From Octopus bimaculoides (Eukaryota), in contig NC_068984.1 of NCBI RefSeq assembly GCF_001194135.2, forward strand, positions 87,142,620 through 87,206,619: a DNA stretch of 64,000 nucleotides, given 5' to 3'. Under the pieces are notes generated by a model, which saw only the letters and a list, made by a program, of their open reading frames with translations, searched no databases and was not told where the DNA came from. Made by a program: the position numbers and the translations under genes. The stretch's first letter is position 1; each line of letters begins with the position of its first letter. Positions 23,741-36,594 of this stretch are shown here, in pieces.

Positions 23741-25094
23741 ATGAGAATGAAAAATATTTGCTTATCAGATAAATTCGTTCGTTCCCTAAACATTTATATT
23801 AATCCTTTCCAATGTCTTTTGAACTAAAGCGAAAAATATATTTATCGTAGTGTCATATGTTTTTTCTTACAGTTCTGTTCTTCCTCTACAACTTTGTTTA
23901 TCGTTTTTGAAATGTTGCGATTTAATTTGTGTGAAACTGATAGTTTTTTCAGCGAGAAATATATTTCAAACTTACTGCATAAAGTATTTCTTAGCCTTCG
24001 TTTCAATTCCCCAGCTCCCTGCTCTGTGCCAGTTATACACAACTTAAGACTTAAATTTAAGTTAACAAATGCTACACTTTTCAAACATTACCGTAATTAT
24101 CTGAATAAGTAAAAGAAAAAGAAAATAGAGAGGAGATATTATAACTGTGAAACACGAAAATATATGCGAAAAGAAAATGTTTAAAAACTGAAAGCTCTAC
24201 AAAGATGCGTCGAGAGAGAATAAATTTTGAGACATGTCTGTAGATAAGAAAATCTTTACATGCATTTTAGAATGTTTGATTTTAATACTAATTATAAATT
24301 ACTTTTACCTTTACAAAAGAAAAGAAAACAAGATATTGTGCTTCGCAGAGAGGGGAAGTTTTGACTGGGATGCTTCACAATTTGCCCTTCTATTGGCACA
24401 TATGAATATATTCGACGTCTGACGGGCAGTTCTTAGGGGAGTGATTTTATATTGTTTTAGCAACGACGTAATGTTGCACAGCAACAGCTTATTTAATGTG
24501 TTCATAGATACGTGATATAACCAGCATTTTCCATCGCATCCAGTAGTTTCGGGTGGTATGGAATTTTAAAATTTTTTTTAAAAAGTAAGTTCACTAGCGA
24601 CCCATAAAATGTTCTCTTTACTATTATTAAGCATCTGAGTATATGTATACTTTTAATCATACAAAATATGTCTGGACTGTACATGTTCATAAGACTGAAG
24701 CTTATCCACTTGAACGCAAAATCAGTTCATCGCAGGGTTAACTCTTAGGTGCTGCTGGTAATCATTTTCAGTTGAGTCTACTCAATAATGTGAAATGAAG
24801 TATTTTATTCAAAAATACAACGCACTGTTTAGTTCAAAAATCGAACACACGATCTAACGATCCTGACCCCAGTTACTTAACCGCTAAGCTACTCATCTCA
24901 GTAATACAGTATGGCACTAAAAAGCTATCTGACAGGTCTTAAGCTTATGCTTCTGTCTTTTCTTCCGAGATAGAACCTGCCAACATCACTATTTATGCAG
25001 AGCTTCCTGCTAATGTTATGGCATTGCGGGTTTTAATATCAATGAAACGGATTTTCTGAAGTATGACAAATGTAATAGAATTAATATTGGTTTC

Positions 25095-25282
25095 ATATTT
25101 TTGCACAAGGCCAGTAATTTCGGGAGAAGGGATAAGTCGATTATATCGACCCCAGTGCTCAACTGGCACTTATTTTATCGACCCTGAAAGGATGAAAGGT
25201 AAAGTCGACCTCGGCAGAATTTGAACGAAATGCCGCTAAACCTTTTGTCTGGCGTGCTAACGATTCTGTCAGATCGCCGTCT
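25095..25282 (-). mobile_element. SINE family B
   Basis: Reverse-complement core and head (GCTAACGATTCTGTCAGATCGCCG). Confidence 0.85.
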
Positions 25283-25619
25283 TGGTGGTAGAATTAATAT
25301 TTCAAAAAAAGAAAAAAATTATTGCATGTTATCGTCTCGTCAGCGAAGAGTACTGATGATAAATTTCGTCATCCTATATTTCTCAACACTTTTGTACAAT
25401 ACATATTCAGCAGTACCATAGTATTCGTTGCACTTACTGTGTGAAACAAGGTAAAATTAAAATACCATTGATATCATTCGGTGGAAAAGTAGTTTTTCCC
25501 GCGTTTAACTATCAAATATAAGCATTTCTTGTGGCCAAATTCGTGTATCAGCTAAAAATTCTATTAATTTAAGTTTATTTGATATTGCAAATATTTCTTG
25601 TATATATTAACAAATAAAG

Positions 25620-26520
25620 TATGGGTTATTTTATCTCTAGCTGTCGTAGGCCCTTGACTGTAACCACTGTCTGTAATAGTGAGTTTACCACCAAAATATA
25701 CGGATGTACAGACTGACTCCTGGGAAGATTTCTTTGTAACAAATTATTACATAGCTAAGATTTTGCAAATCGTTCTTTTGGTATGTCAGTTTGGCTTTCA
25801 GTAGTTCTTTTAATTATACAACTGAACAACATCTTCCAATATCCGACTGTTAGGTCTCTTCTTGATGGCCTATCATGAAGTAGATCTATCGAAGTTTTAG
25901 GGAAATGTTTCACCATTGATAATGTATATCTCACAACTGATGTTGGTCAGTATCACTTCCTGTATTGATGAGATCTTTTTTCTAATCCAGATCTTAGATC
26001 AAAATGATTTACGATATTCTTTTTACTGAGCTGTTGTTTACTTTGTTCTTCCGTTATACAGCTTATTTTTGACGAGAGTGGGTTAAGAAACTACAACTAT
26101 GAACTTATGAAGAAACAACATGGCATGCTGTAACAAACATTTGACAATCAATGTCTGTCTATATACATCTGAAACCAGTCTGAAACAATACATGGGAGAA
26201 GGAAGAACAATAGATAATGTAGTCTTAGATATTCTTAAGAAAATAGGAGAGCTTTGGATGGAATGCTTTTGATCGATCAAGGTTAGCCTGGAGCTAAACA
26301 ATAACAGTAATACCTGCGAGATACTTGAAGTGTGCGAGCTAACGAAATTACCTGATTTGTAGTTAATGATGCTTTGTTGATATAATCTTTTTCATTCAAC
26401 GTCTTCAGGTAATCTTTTAGCGTTATGAATTTGCCCTCAAGGGCTTGAAGCGAAATGTATAGTATCACAGGACTTTTAAAACAATTCCCCTATATCTGTC
26501 TAAATATCCTATTCTGTGGT
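25620..26520 (-). mobile_element. Naiad-type Penelope remnant interrupted by a family D SINE (about 26200-26310)
   Basis: KFITLKDY (ORF 26283-26468), DWFQ, KNIVNH and ITDSGY motifs in the expected order. Confidence 0.55.
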
Positions 26521-26966
26521 GCATGTTGACATTTTTATTTCTAGTTTTGTTAACTGCTTCAGTGATTTATGCTGGGTAATTTCATACACTTTAGTTATTC
26601 CTTAGAAGTTACCTCTGTTGTTTACCTACAGTTCTAATCGTAAAAGATCAAAAGCGTTCCATTCATGCTCATCTCATCTTTTAAGAATATTTAGGACTAC
26701 ATTATCCGATGTCTATCGTCTTCAGCCATTGACTATCCAACAGTTTTCACATATTTCTCATATTGTTTCTATCTATATCACTAATAACTGTTACCATGAG
26801 AAGGTTTGTTTTTTTCCAGCTCATATAAAAAATGTTTTTTTGACTAAATTCAATTTTAGAAGACTTATTCTCAGATTGTGGCTTTACATTGATTTAAAGT
26901 TGTATGTATTCTAGAATCATCTTTACCGAGAAGGTTCATACAGAGTATATGAGTGCTGAATAGGAT

Positions 26967-27132
26967 CAGGGTCGGCTCAAGGTACCGGCAACTCGGGCAA
27001 TCGCCTGGGGCGCCATATGCTAGGGGGTGCCAAGGAGGGCGTGACAAAGACAAGGAAATTTCCACGACCGTCAGCTTGTAAACGCCGAAGTTCAGCTTGC
27101 CCGTGGCGCCAGCAATCCTAGGGCCGGCCCTG
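26967..27132. mobile_element. hAT-type MITE (166 bp)
   Basis: Termini CAGGGTCGGC...GCCGGCCCTG; 8-bp TSD AATAGGAT/AATAGAAT (7/8 match). Confidence 0.85.
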
Positions 27133-27805
27133 AATAGAATAGTAGTGATGATGGTGCTCTAGCAGCAGTTATTGGTTGGTTTTTGCTGTCTTGAAAATCG
27201 ATTTATATTACAAAAGTTGAAATAACAATCGCTGTCTGTGACATCCGTTTGCAGACAACGAAATATGCTTCATATCAAAAGCTGTTTAGCTGTGAAACAC
27301 TTAAATATTTTATAGATTTCGCCCCACGAATTCTTTAACCTCTATATTTCACTGACTGAAGAATTTTCATGGGCCTTTTGACGGTGCCGAAATAGATCTT
27401 GATTTAAGTCTAACAATCAAGTGAAGTAGACGCTAAGTTACATATTTATTAATACCGTCAGTATTGGTTAGTAACAACCACTTTTTGAAATGAAGTACCA
27501 CAAGCTTAGAAGAATGTTACATAATCCAGTAGAATACAGCCTGAATAATACTCAGTTGCATACATCATTGAAAAAAGCAAGAGCAAAAAGAAAAACAGTC
27601 AGGTGCGAATGAAGACTGTCTGAGGCCAGCATTGTAAAATTGTGGTCATGAATTTATTGTCCTCTACAATATAAGTGATATTGCTAGCGGCGCTATTTGG
27701 ATGCATGTATAAATAAAAAGGAACTCATCTTTCGAGAATATTGTTAAAAAGTACGACATTTTTTAAAATGTTTTGTGAAGATTTTTTAGTTTTATTGCAC
27801 GTTTT

Positions 27806-28031
27806 GGATCTTTTCCTTTTGGCCGGTACATAGAAAAAATAATTTTTTGTAACTAAACAATTACCGAAATACAACTTTAACACGAAATAACTTCGAAAAT
27901 AAAGAATTTTCTTTAAAACGCCAAGAGTAAATGATGTTTTAAATGACACATTCTACTAGTATATGAAATTTGAAAGTGTTAAGTTAAAAAAAAATAATTT
28001 TTTCTATGTACCGGCCAAAAGGAAAAGATCC
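27806..28031. mobile_element. Merlin-like MITE (226 bp)
   Basis: About 40-bp TIRs starting GGATCTTTTCCTTTTGGCCGGTACATAGAAAAAA; 8-bp TSD CACGTTTT/CACGTTTC. GG termini with 8-bp TSD fit Merlin/IS1016. Confidence 0.72.
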
Positions 28032-28224
28032 CACGTTTCTTTATTTCTTTTAATCGGGAGTGCGGTCATGCAAGGGCATGATTTTATTCGTTAATATCAA
28101 CGTATATTCTTATTCCAGTCTAGTATTGAATCTTTTTTCTGATCACTGTTATCACTATTTACTAACTAAACCTGTTGTTTTGGACGTAAGTTAACATTCT
28201 ATACCAGTGTACTGACACAGACAC

Positions 28225-28650
28225 TTCTATACGTCTACTAAATCACACTCACAAAGCATTAGTCAATCTCAGTCTGCTATAAAAAGTACTTGTCCCGGGG
28301 ACCACGCAGTGTGATGGAACACGAAACTATATGGCTGCGAATTGAAATTCTTAACCACACGTCTAAGCTTGGGCATGTCTTGTCTACTTATAGTTTCAAT
28401 GATTGAATTTTCCTTATCTTTTATATTTTAAAGAGTTGGGCGAAATATTTGCGGTATTTATTCTGGTTCACGAGTTCTGAGTTCAAATCTAGCGGAGGCC
28501 AACTTTGCTTATTTGCCCCTCTGGGATTTATAAATAAAGTATCAGTTTTGGACGGTGGTTTGGCGAGATCATTAGATCTGAGAGGGAATGCCTTGTGGTA
28601 TTTGTCTTGGCTTTTCGCGTTCTGAGTTCAAATCCAGGTGTGTTTTGTCA
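28225..28650. mobile_element. Cluster of degenerate SINE fragments (family A on minus, family B on plus)
   Basis: Recognisable TTCTGAGTTCAAAT cores and the family A body. Confidence 0.55.
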
Positions 28651-29135
28651 CCCAGTTTAACACCAGCATCTGGTCCTTGGGTGCATTTAGAGGAGTTCAT
28701 TCTGATGCAAGTATTCGGGCTTGATGATTTGTAACTTTCTCACACCAGTCTAAGAGTCTCGTACTCTTAATACCTCTTGTTAACGTGGGGGCTATTAAGC
28801 AGTCGCTCGATCCCCTAGAAATAATTTCTCACCGCCTTCAAATAAAACATTACACTATCAATATAGTAACAAATTACTAGTATTACTGGTACGTTAACAT
28901 TGTTTTGCTATGATGGACGCAACAACAAGTGGTTAAGAAATTCGCTTACAACCACGTGTTCTTCGGTACGATTCCACTGTGTAGTATCTTGAACTGCATA
29001 TTACCCAACCTTTGGGTTGACCCAAGCCTTGTGAGTGAAACTGCATTTATGGAAACCATTGAATGGATTGTACCTGTAATTTATAGATCCAGCCTTGTCA
29101 CATTGTGTCATGCTGATTTTGCTCGAAAATTCTTT

Positions 29136-29305
29136 TCTACTCTAGGTATAAGGTCCGAAATATTTGGAGAGAGGCCAGTCGATTAGATCGACCTCAGTAC
29201 GCAACTGGTACTTAATTTATTGACCTGAAAGGATGAAAAGCAAAGTCGACCTCCGTGGAATTTGAACTGAGAACGTAAAAACAGACGAAATACCGCTAAG
29301 CATTT
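29136..29305 (-). mobile_element. SINE family B
   Basis: Reverse-complement core AAAGTCGACCTC..TTTGAACTGAGAACGTAA..GACGAAATACCGCTAAGC. Confidence 0.85.
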
Positions 29306-29714
29306 GATTTTGCTCGAAAATTACGAAAAGATTAAATTTACCCGTGGAGTATTTAGCTCTGAAAATGGTCATTCAATAAGCAGATAATTCATTTGATCAA
29401 ACAACTGAATAGTCAATTGTCGAAACCGATGGAAATCCATTTTTACAATGTGTTATATAGAATAAATTTATAGATTCTTAGCTAACACATTGCAAAATGG
29501 TTTACTCGGTTTGTCAAAATGGTTTATTCTGTTTGCAACTAAAGAGAAATCAGTCGTTGGGGAAGAATCGAAATTTATCTGGAAGACCTTTCTTTTTTCT
29601 CTACAAAGACACAATATAAAAGATAAGTTTATATTTGTCTATGCATACAGCACTGGTTTAATATCTATAGATTTATTTTACAGCCCATCATAGTAATGTA
29701 GTCATATCCGTCCA

Positions 29715-30610
29715 TTCAGCCACTATTCCTGGCAGGGCCGTTGGGGTAAAGTCCTCAGCAACCTCCTCCGCAATGCCTATCAGAGACAAGCGTTACGACC
29801 AGCCGAGACTACGGACATTATCCAACCTTCTCTTTCTTGGTCTCCCCTTTGGTCTACCCCGAGCCGATTGGCTTAGTTTGAAGAATCCGTCTTGCGATTC
29901 TTTCCTGCGACATTCTAATCACATGTCTGTTGTAGCGGAGCTGTGACTTCTCAATGCGGAGAAGTAGCGGCTTGGGTAAAGGTAAAGCTACCTTCTCAAG
30001 TCATGCCGACTCATAAGGGCCGGTTTTCTAGTTTCATGACGTAAATATTCCCATCTTGACGGGGCACCGGTCTGTCGCAGGATTACTAATTTTTGCCAGC
30101 TGAGTGGACTGGGGTAACGTGAAGTGAAGTGTTTTGCTCAAGAACACAAGTCGTTACCCGATGCAGAAATCGAAGCCACAATCTTACGATCATAAGTTCA
30201 ATACCCTAACCACTAAGCCACTGGCCTCCACAAGTAGCGGCTCGACCCGGAGAGATCTTGGTCTCCAAGCCACACACCCTGTGGAGTAACGTTACTCCAC
30301 AGGCCCTTCAGAGGAAACCGTATTTCGGCCGTTTGTATTTGTAATGGTACCCTTTCGGTCATTATCCGACATTCATAACCATAGGTGAAGATAGGCACGA
30401 AAACTGAATTGAAGATAGCGAATTTGACTTTTTTTTTTACCAACCTCTCCTCTTCTGAGGATCGAAAGCTGGAACTAGCGCATTACATCTGCCAGTACCT
30501 GCAATTTTATCATCCAATTCATCCTCATACTTGCTATCACTCGTGAATACGGCCCCGAGATATTTAAACTTCTCCACTTTTTTCTGTGGGGTGGGGAGCT
30601 CAAAGGATGC
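29715..30610 (-). mobile_element. RTE/Expander(Rex3)-like LINE 3' fragment split by a SINE
   Basis: VEKFKYLGAVFTSD, IFNSVFVPIFTYG..MTERV..QTAEIRF, PLLLRIEKSQLRY..HVIRM..GRPRKR. Confidence 0.85.
29973..30231 (-). mobile_element. tRNA-derived SINE family C (CORE/MIR-like) with 11-bp TSD
   Basis: Head TGGCTTAGTGGTTAGGGTATTG, body TGTGTTCTTGAGCAAAACACTT, tail (CTTTAC)n. TSD AAGTAGCGGCT at 29962-29972 and 30232-30242. Confidence 0.92.
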
Positions 30611-30772
30611 AAATTTAGTCATAAATATACACAAAAATAGGGATGATTAGGGCTGGGATAACTTTGATGTTAGGTCCGCTTGAATTGTGGTTAAACAGTG
30701 GTTAAACAACAACAAAACAACAACAACAGCAGTAATTATACAAGAAAGCACCTGAATACCATTATCACCTTC

Positions 30773-30905
30773 ATAAATATGAATTTTGATTGCTATTTAA
30801 ATAAATGAATTTGAGTTTTGATTGCTGTTTAAATAAATGAATTTGAGTTTTGATTGCTGTTTAAATAAATGAATTTGAGTTTTGATTGCTGTTTAAATAA
30901 ATTAA
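30773..30905. repeat. 32-bp minisatellite, about 4 units
   Basis: Unit TTTAAATAAATGAATTTGAGTTTTGATTGCTG repeated directly. Confidence 0.93.
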
Positions 30906-31521
30906 TCTTCATAAAATCATAAGGAAAGCGTTATCTAAGACGCCGAATGGTTTTTATCTATTGAGATACTATTTACCATTACATTTATCTTCTATCTTAG
31001 GTCTGGAGAACTGTCCTAAAAAATTTTGTTGAGTAAATAAGCCAATTTTGAATTGTTGTCTCATGTGATCTTCCTCCTCATTTTGTTAACAATTGAAGTC
31101 TGTTCATTACTGAATTTTAAAAAAACACAAAACAAACAAAAACACTTGTTTCAGAAAGCAAATTACCTCATTAAACAATGTCAAATATTCCTATCCTTTA
31201 CACGAAGAGGAAGTTTCTGATCGTCCGCTCAACCTACTTCAAATTGTACCTAAGTCTCTTTCAAATCCTGTAAAAACAGACATCTTGGCTATTGCTAGAA
31301 ACATTACCCGAAGAAAAGACGACAGTACGACCAAACCGATTATTGTTATAAAAACCGGTGCATTCCAAACATGCTTAGAATATTGTTTACATCCTTTGTT
31401 TAATGTTATCAACCTTTTATCTAAAAGGCTGTATTTTAAAGTGATCACAATAAATGGCTTCTGTTGTATGTATTTATGCGCGCGCGCGTTTACATACACA
31501 CGCGCGCACATATATTGCTAT

Positions 31522-31931
<410 letters not shown>

Positions 31932-32181
31932 ATGATAGTGAGGGAAAGACAGAGTGATAGACAATGAAAGCAAGCAAAGAAATTAGGCATAAACGACGAA
32001 AAATTATACAACAAATGGAAAAATTTCCTCTGACCGGCTGTCTCTGTGGGGCGCCACCATTTCGACCCCTAATGATAGCACCGGTAACAACAATTGGCAT
32101 TGACATCAACAACCGCCAGAAATGGTTGTTAGAGAGTGATACACTGTAGCTGAGACAAAGAGTCAGAAAAGTATAATAGTG

Positions 32182-32184
<3 letters not shown>

Positions 32185-32223
<39 letters not shown>

Positions 32224-32224
32224 G

Positions 32225-32274
<50 letters not shown>

Positions 32275-32275
32275 T
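32185..32275. repeat. (CTAT)n microsatellite at the 3' end of the Penelope element
   Basis: Directly visible. Confidence 0.95.
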
Positions 32276-32279
32276 TATG

Positions 32280-33765
32280 GATCTGTTTGTCTGTCTACGA
32301 AGACAGGTGTATGGACAACAAGCAGGTGTATTAGTTTGATGCTCGGGAAAGTGAGAAAGTCTTTTACATTTCGAGTTTACGTTCTTCAACAGAAAGGAAT
32401 ACTAGAAAATAAACAGAGAAAGAACAAAAAAAAAAACTTGTAGATTTAGCGGTCAAGTATGGCGACTGGTTGGAAAAAAAGAAATTTTGACAGGAGAGGT
32501 GGAAAGAAGGGGAAATAATCAAGTATTGGTGATCCCCAAACGAAGGGGCGCATACGTATGTTTTTGTGTGGATAGGGGCTAGTGACTTTGACGCGTATGG
32601 ATGTGTGTGTATGAGTCTGTAACGTGTGGGTGTATGGATGATGATGTGTGGGTGTGCGGATGATGGTGTGTGGTGTGGGTGCTAGGAAGTAGTCAGTGCT
32701 AGTGTGTGTAGAGTGGTGTGGGGTGTAGTGTGTGTGGGGGGATGTAGGAATAGAGGTGTTAGGATGTGGGATGGAGATGTGTGAGTGTGCGGTGGAGTTG
32801 TGGGGGTGGGAATGTGTGGTGCGGTGAAGGTGTGGGGCGTGTGGAGTGTGTGAGGAGGGGTGGTGGTATCAATGAGGACAGTAGGTGGGTAGGAGTGAAG
32901 AGAGGAACTAGGTGTCAGATGAAGAGAAGAGCGAAGTTGAGCCCATGTGGTGCAAAGGAGCGAAGAGAGAAGATTAATTTCTGTCCACGGCGAAGGCGGG
33001 AGTCTGGATGGCTCCTGTGCAAAGACAATCCGAACACAGACAGGTGTTATAGTGAATGACAGGTAGAGCTGAAATGACGCCAGACCGGGATGTCATTGCC
33101 GAGTCTGATGTCTCGGAGGCACTCCACGAACCGGTCAATCAAGCGGCGTCCCGTTTGACCGATGTACAGAGAAAGGCAGAAAGAGCAGGAGATGCAGTAA
33201 ATGACGTTCCTAGAAGTGCAGGTAAAGGAGTCGGTGATATGACAGGGACGATGATGGATTCCTGTGAGGGTGGTGGTGCTGGAGAGGTAGGGGCAAGTGT
33301 GGCAGCGTGGACGGGAGCAGGGGAATGAGCCAAGTTGGGAGGTGGAGTTAGGGAAGGAACTGTGGACCGGGAGGTCACGCAGTTTTGTGGGCTTGTTTGA
33401 AGGAGAGAAGGGGTAGGTTGGGGAAGATGTGCGAGGTGGAGGGATCGGACTGGAGTCGCCAGAAGGCTCGGAGAATGGTGTGTTGGAGGGGCAGAGTGGA
33501 GAAGTGGTAGGCGTAGGAACGGGAGACTAGCAACGGCTGGGCGGCTGTGGGGAGAGAGCACAGAGGCACGGTCCACGGAAGTGCTCTGGCAAGGGCTGTG
33601 TGGATAGTGGTGAGGGGATATCCACGAAGGATGAAGTGGCGAGCCATAAGTTGAGACTGAATCTCAAAGTCATGACTGTCACTGCAGAACCTGCGCAGAC
33701 AGAGGAATTGGGAGTAGGAGATGGAGAGCTTGGTGTTGGTAGGGTGGAAGGAGGAGGAATATATG
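32280..33765 (-). mobile_element. Penelope-like element (Neptune/Poseidon-type): RT thumb, GIY-YIG, 3' UTR and pLTR; 5'-truncated
   Basis: Manual translation: SFHPTNTKLSISYSQFLCLRRFCSD..FILRGYP..LQSDP..IFP..LRDLPVHS..CSRPRCHTC..FTCTSRNVIYCISC..LYIGQTGRRL.DRF..H..PHGLN. The pLTR matches 1-150. Confidence 0.92.
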
Positions 33766-33789
33766 GTGCTTAAGAGTCAATGCGAGAGC

Positions 33790-34085
33790 TTCTATGTAGT
33801 CACTGATAGAATTAGCATCCAAGTAAAACCTTTCTGATCTTTCTTAGACTTATTGAAAAAGAGTGAACACTTTGGGTTATGTGGTTCTGCATGCACTATG
33901 TCTGAATAAAAGATAAGAAAACGGCTGCAATACTTTTGGGAATATGTCAGCTCAACCAGGTCTGAGTCAAGGCTTAGCAACCGCAACAACATGTACGGAG
34001 ACACTTCCTCATTCCTAAGGTTGACCTTCCAATTCATGGCCAAAGCTTGGTCTTGTGTTGCCAGTATAGTGCTCTCAGACACTTT
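33790..34085 (-). mobile_element. REL-endonuclease non-LTR retrotransposon fragment (zinc-knuckle region)
   Basis: ESTILATQDQALAMNWK..SP matches the (A)QEQAL..CRxC region of R4/NeSL-type elements. Confidence 0.6.
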
Positions 34086-34762
34086 TTTTCAGTGTAGTAG
34101 TAGTACTAGTTGCAGTAATAATAGTAGTAGTAGTGGTAGTTGTAGTAGTGGTAGTTGTAGTAGTGGTATGTATGAGATTTATTGCCATATATTTCAATAA
34201 CATGTTTGTCACAACAACGGAATAATTTAAACACGGGTTATAACAATACTACTTCAACCATTACTTGAACAACTCATAAAGGGGTCAAGTAATTAACCAT
34301 TTTAATAACGACAATTTTTCTACGGCTTGTTAGAGATATTCCATTGAGTTTTTATTTAGGTGTGGCGATAAACAATGGAGAATGCATAATATTTATTAGG
34401 AATAAAACTGCTGTTAAAATAGCCCCAGTCTACTAAATCAGAAAGATCTCTCAGATGGTGTGAGCATGTTGCAGTACAGTAAGATTGCTTTAACACTGGA
34501 ATTAATTAAAACAAGTTTTGATAGGAGTGATAGGCTGTATTAGGAACTGAAATTCTATACATTTGACATTGATTTATGTAGAAATACATCGTGCTAATTA
34601 AGATATTTAAACAACGTATTAGTTAAGGAAACCAAAGAACGAAGTATGACAAACTTGGAAGCAGCCACAAATGACGAATATGACCAGTGTTAATTTTTTT
34701 ATTTGTCTTGCACGTGCAATTTAATAACGTCAATCCATTTATCTCAAAAGGTTTGACAAGTA

Positions 34763-34801
<39 letters not shown>

Positions 34802-34929
34802 NNNNNNNNNNNNNNNNNNNNNNNNNNNNNNNNNNNNNNNNNNNNNNNNNNNNNNNNNNNNNNNNNNNNNNNNNNNNNNNNNNNNNNNNNNNNNNNNNNN
34901 NNNNNNNNNNNNNNNNNNNNNNNNNNNNN

Positions 34930-35018
<89 letters not shown>

Positions 35019-36594
35019 GCACACACATACACACAATACATATCTTTACAAAATTTGTTTTTCAATAGCTGATAGTTTATCTGAATAATTTCTCCCTTCG
35101 CTCCCTAACACACCTAGACTGTAAATTCTATCAACTAAACTTTAAATACTTCAAGTTTAAAGTGTTTAGCATGTAGACATAAAATGTTTTTTCCTTCTAT
35201 TGCAAGGGTCAGACAAAACTTATATTGTTCTCTAGAGCACATCAATAGAAAAAAGTCTGTTTATGCTGAGACAAATGTGAAGTAAATAGAAACTTTCCTT
35301 AATTTACAAGATTACAGAAAATGCTTGATAAAACTGAACACCATGACAACGTTGACAAAAGCTTTCACATTGGAGGCATTGCGTATGTTCAAGCCTTGCT
35401 GCAATAATTTAACACATTCCTTGCTTTCTGAACAGATATGAAGGCTGTATTAATAAATATCACTCTTGATTGTTTAAAATACATCAGCAAATAATTTCTT
35501 TTTATTGTATGAATAAATTAACGCGTCAAAGCTAATTACTCAATCTCTTCTCGAGGTAAATGTATTCGTTTCTTTTAAAAATATTTTACCAAGCCTTCGT
35601 CTAACGGACTTATGCTTCACATTGCAAAACGCTGCTTGATGTAGACAGTATATTCCCTATCTTAAAGCAACTCTTCAGTCTTATAAAGTGAATTGGGAAC
35701 ACGTTGACTCTAATTATAGATAGAGCTGGCAGATAGTGTTTTAATGTTACAGTCAACACTAAAAACATTACCTCTAACCTAAAAATGACATTTTTAATCG
35801 ATAGGGTACGAAAAATGTCGAATGAAGCCAAAAGTACAAGGGTGATCAGAATGGCAAATAATAGGGTTCATCATTTTGATATTTGTAAAAGTTTTATATG
35901 CAAACGCTTTTGTAATGATAAAGTGGGTAATTAAATTTTTGTTTTCCTGAAAGTGAAACTAACTGCATAACCATTTCTGCAAAACGAAAATTTTTCTCAA
36001 ATTTGAATAACATTTGTCATGCCTACATATAAACATTTTTATAGAAATGATAATAGTATTTCTCTATATTATCATTAATTATTCATGTAAATAAGCAGCA
36101 CACATATGCGTTCTCCACATTGCATTTTTGTATGTCCATTAGTAACTACGTCATTAACAAATCCCAGTATTTATTGATCGCTTGGTTTTTGGATTAAACA
36201 ATGTTTCTTGAAATGCTTATGAACTACGAACACCACAAGAAAAGCATTATTAGTACAACAAGCATTAACTCTTCCACAAAAAACAAAAGCCATATTTTCC
36301 ATACCTATATGGGATATACATCACGTTAATTAAACCATTAAACCAGTGCATTATATCCAAAATATAGATAGTACCAAACTATATTTGGTATCAGGTAATG
36401 AAACTAAAATAAATCTGTTCTCCACTACTTAATTCATGGTGGGAATATGATATGAGCAGCCACCGATAAAACATATTTGCTTTTGCTTATATAGAGGTTG
36501 TAGAAAAGGCTGATTTGTTTTTGTAATAAATATTGTGAATAGATTACTGTGAAAATATCTGCAATTCTTCCTTTTCACTTTCATAGGGTTTTAC

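Noticed and set aside
24502-24690. IPYHPKLL resembling the Helitron Rep VPYNPxLL motif
   Set aside because: A single short motif with no flanking Rep or helicase motifs.
30773-30905. Direct repeats as a CRISPR array
   Set aside because: No unique spacers, and the context is eukaryotic; plain minisatellite.
31964-32149. 61-aa ORF MKASKEI...MEKFPLTGCLCGAPPF
   Set aside because: No splice signals or recognisable domain; sits between microsatellites.
33139-33576. 145-aa Pro/Ser-rich ORF and the antisense Gly-rich ORFs
   Set aside because: Alternative frames of the Penelope RT-thumb/GIY-YIG region.
35290-35831. Ankyrin-like words ECVKLL and CLHQAAF in short minus-strand frames
   Set aside because: Splice sites are weak or conflicting, frames end in stops, and no full ankyrin consensus is present.
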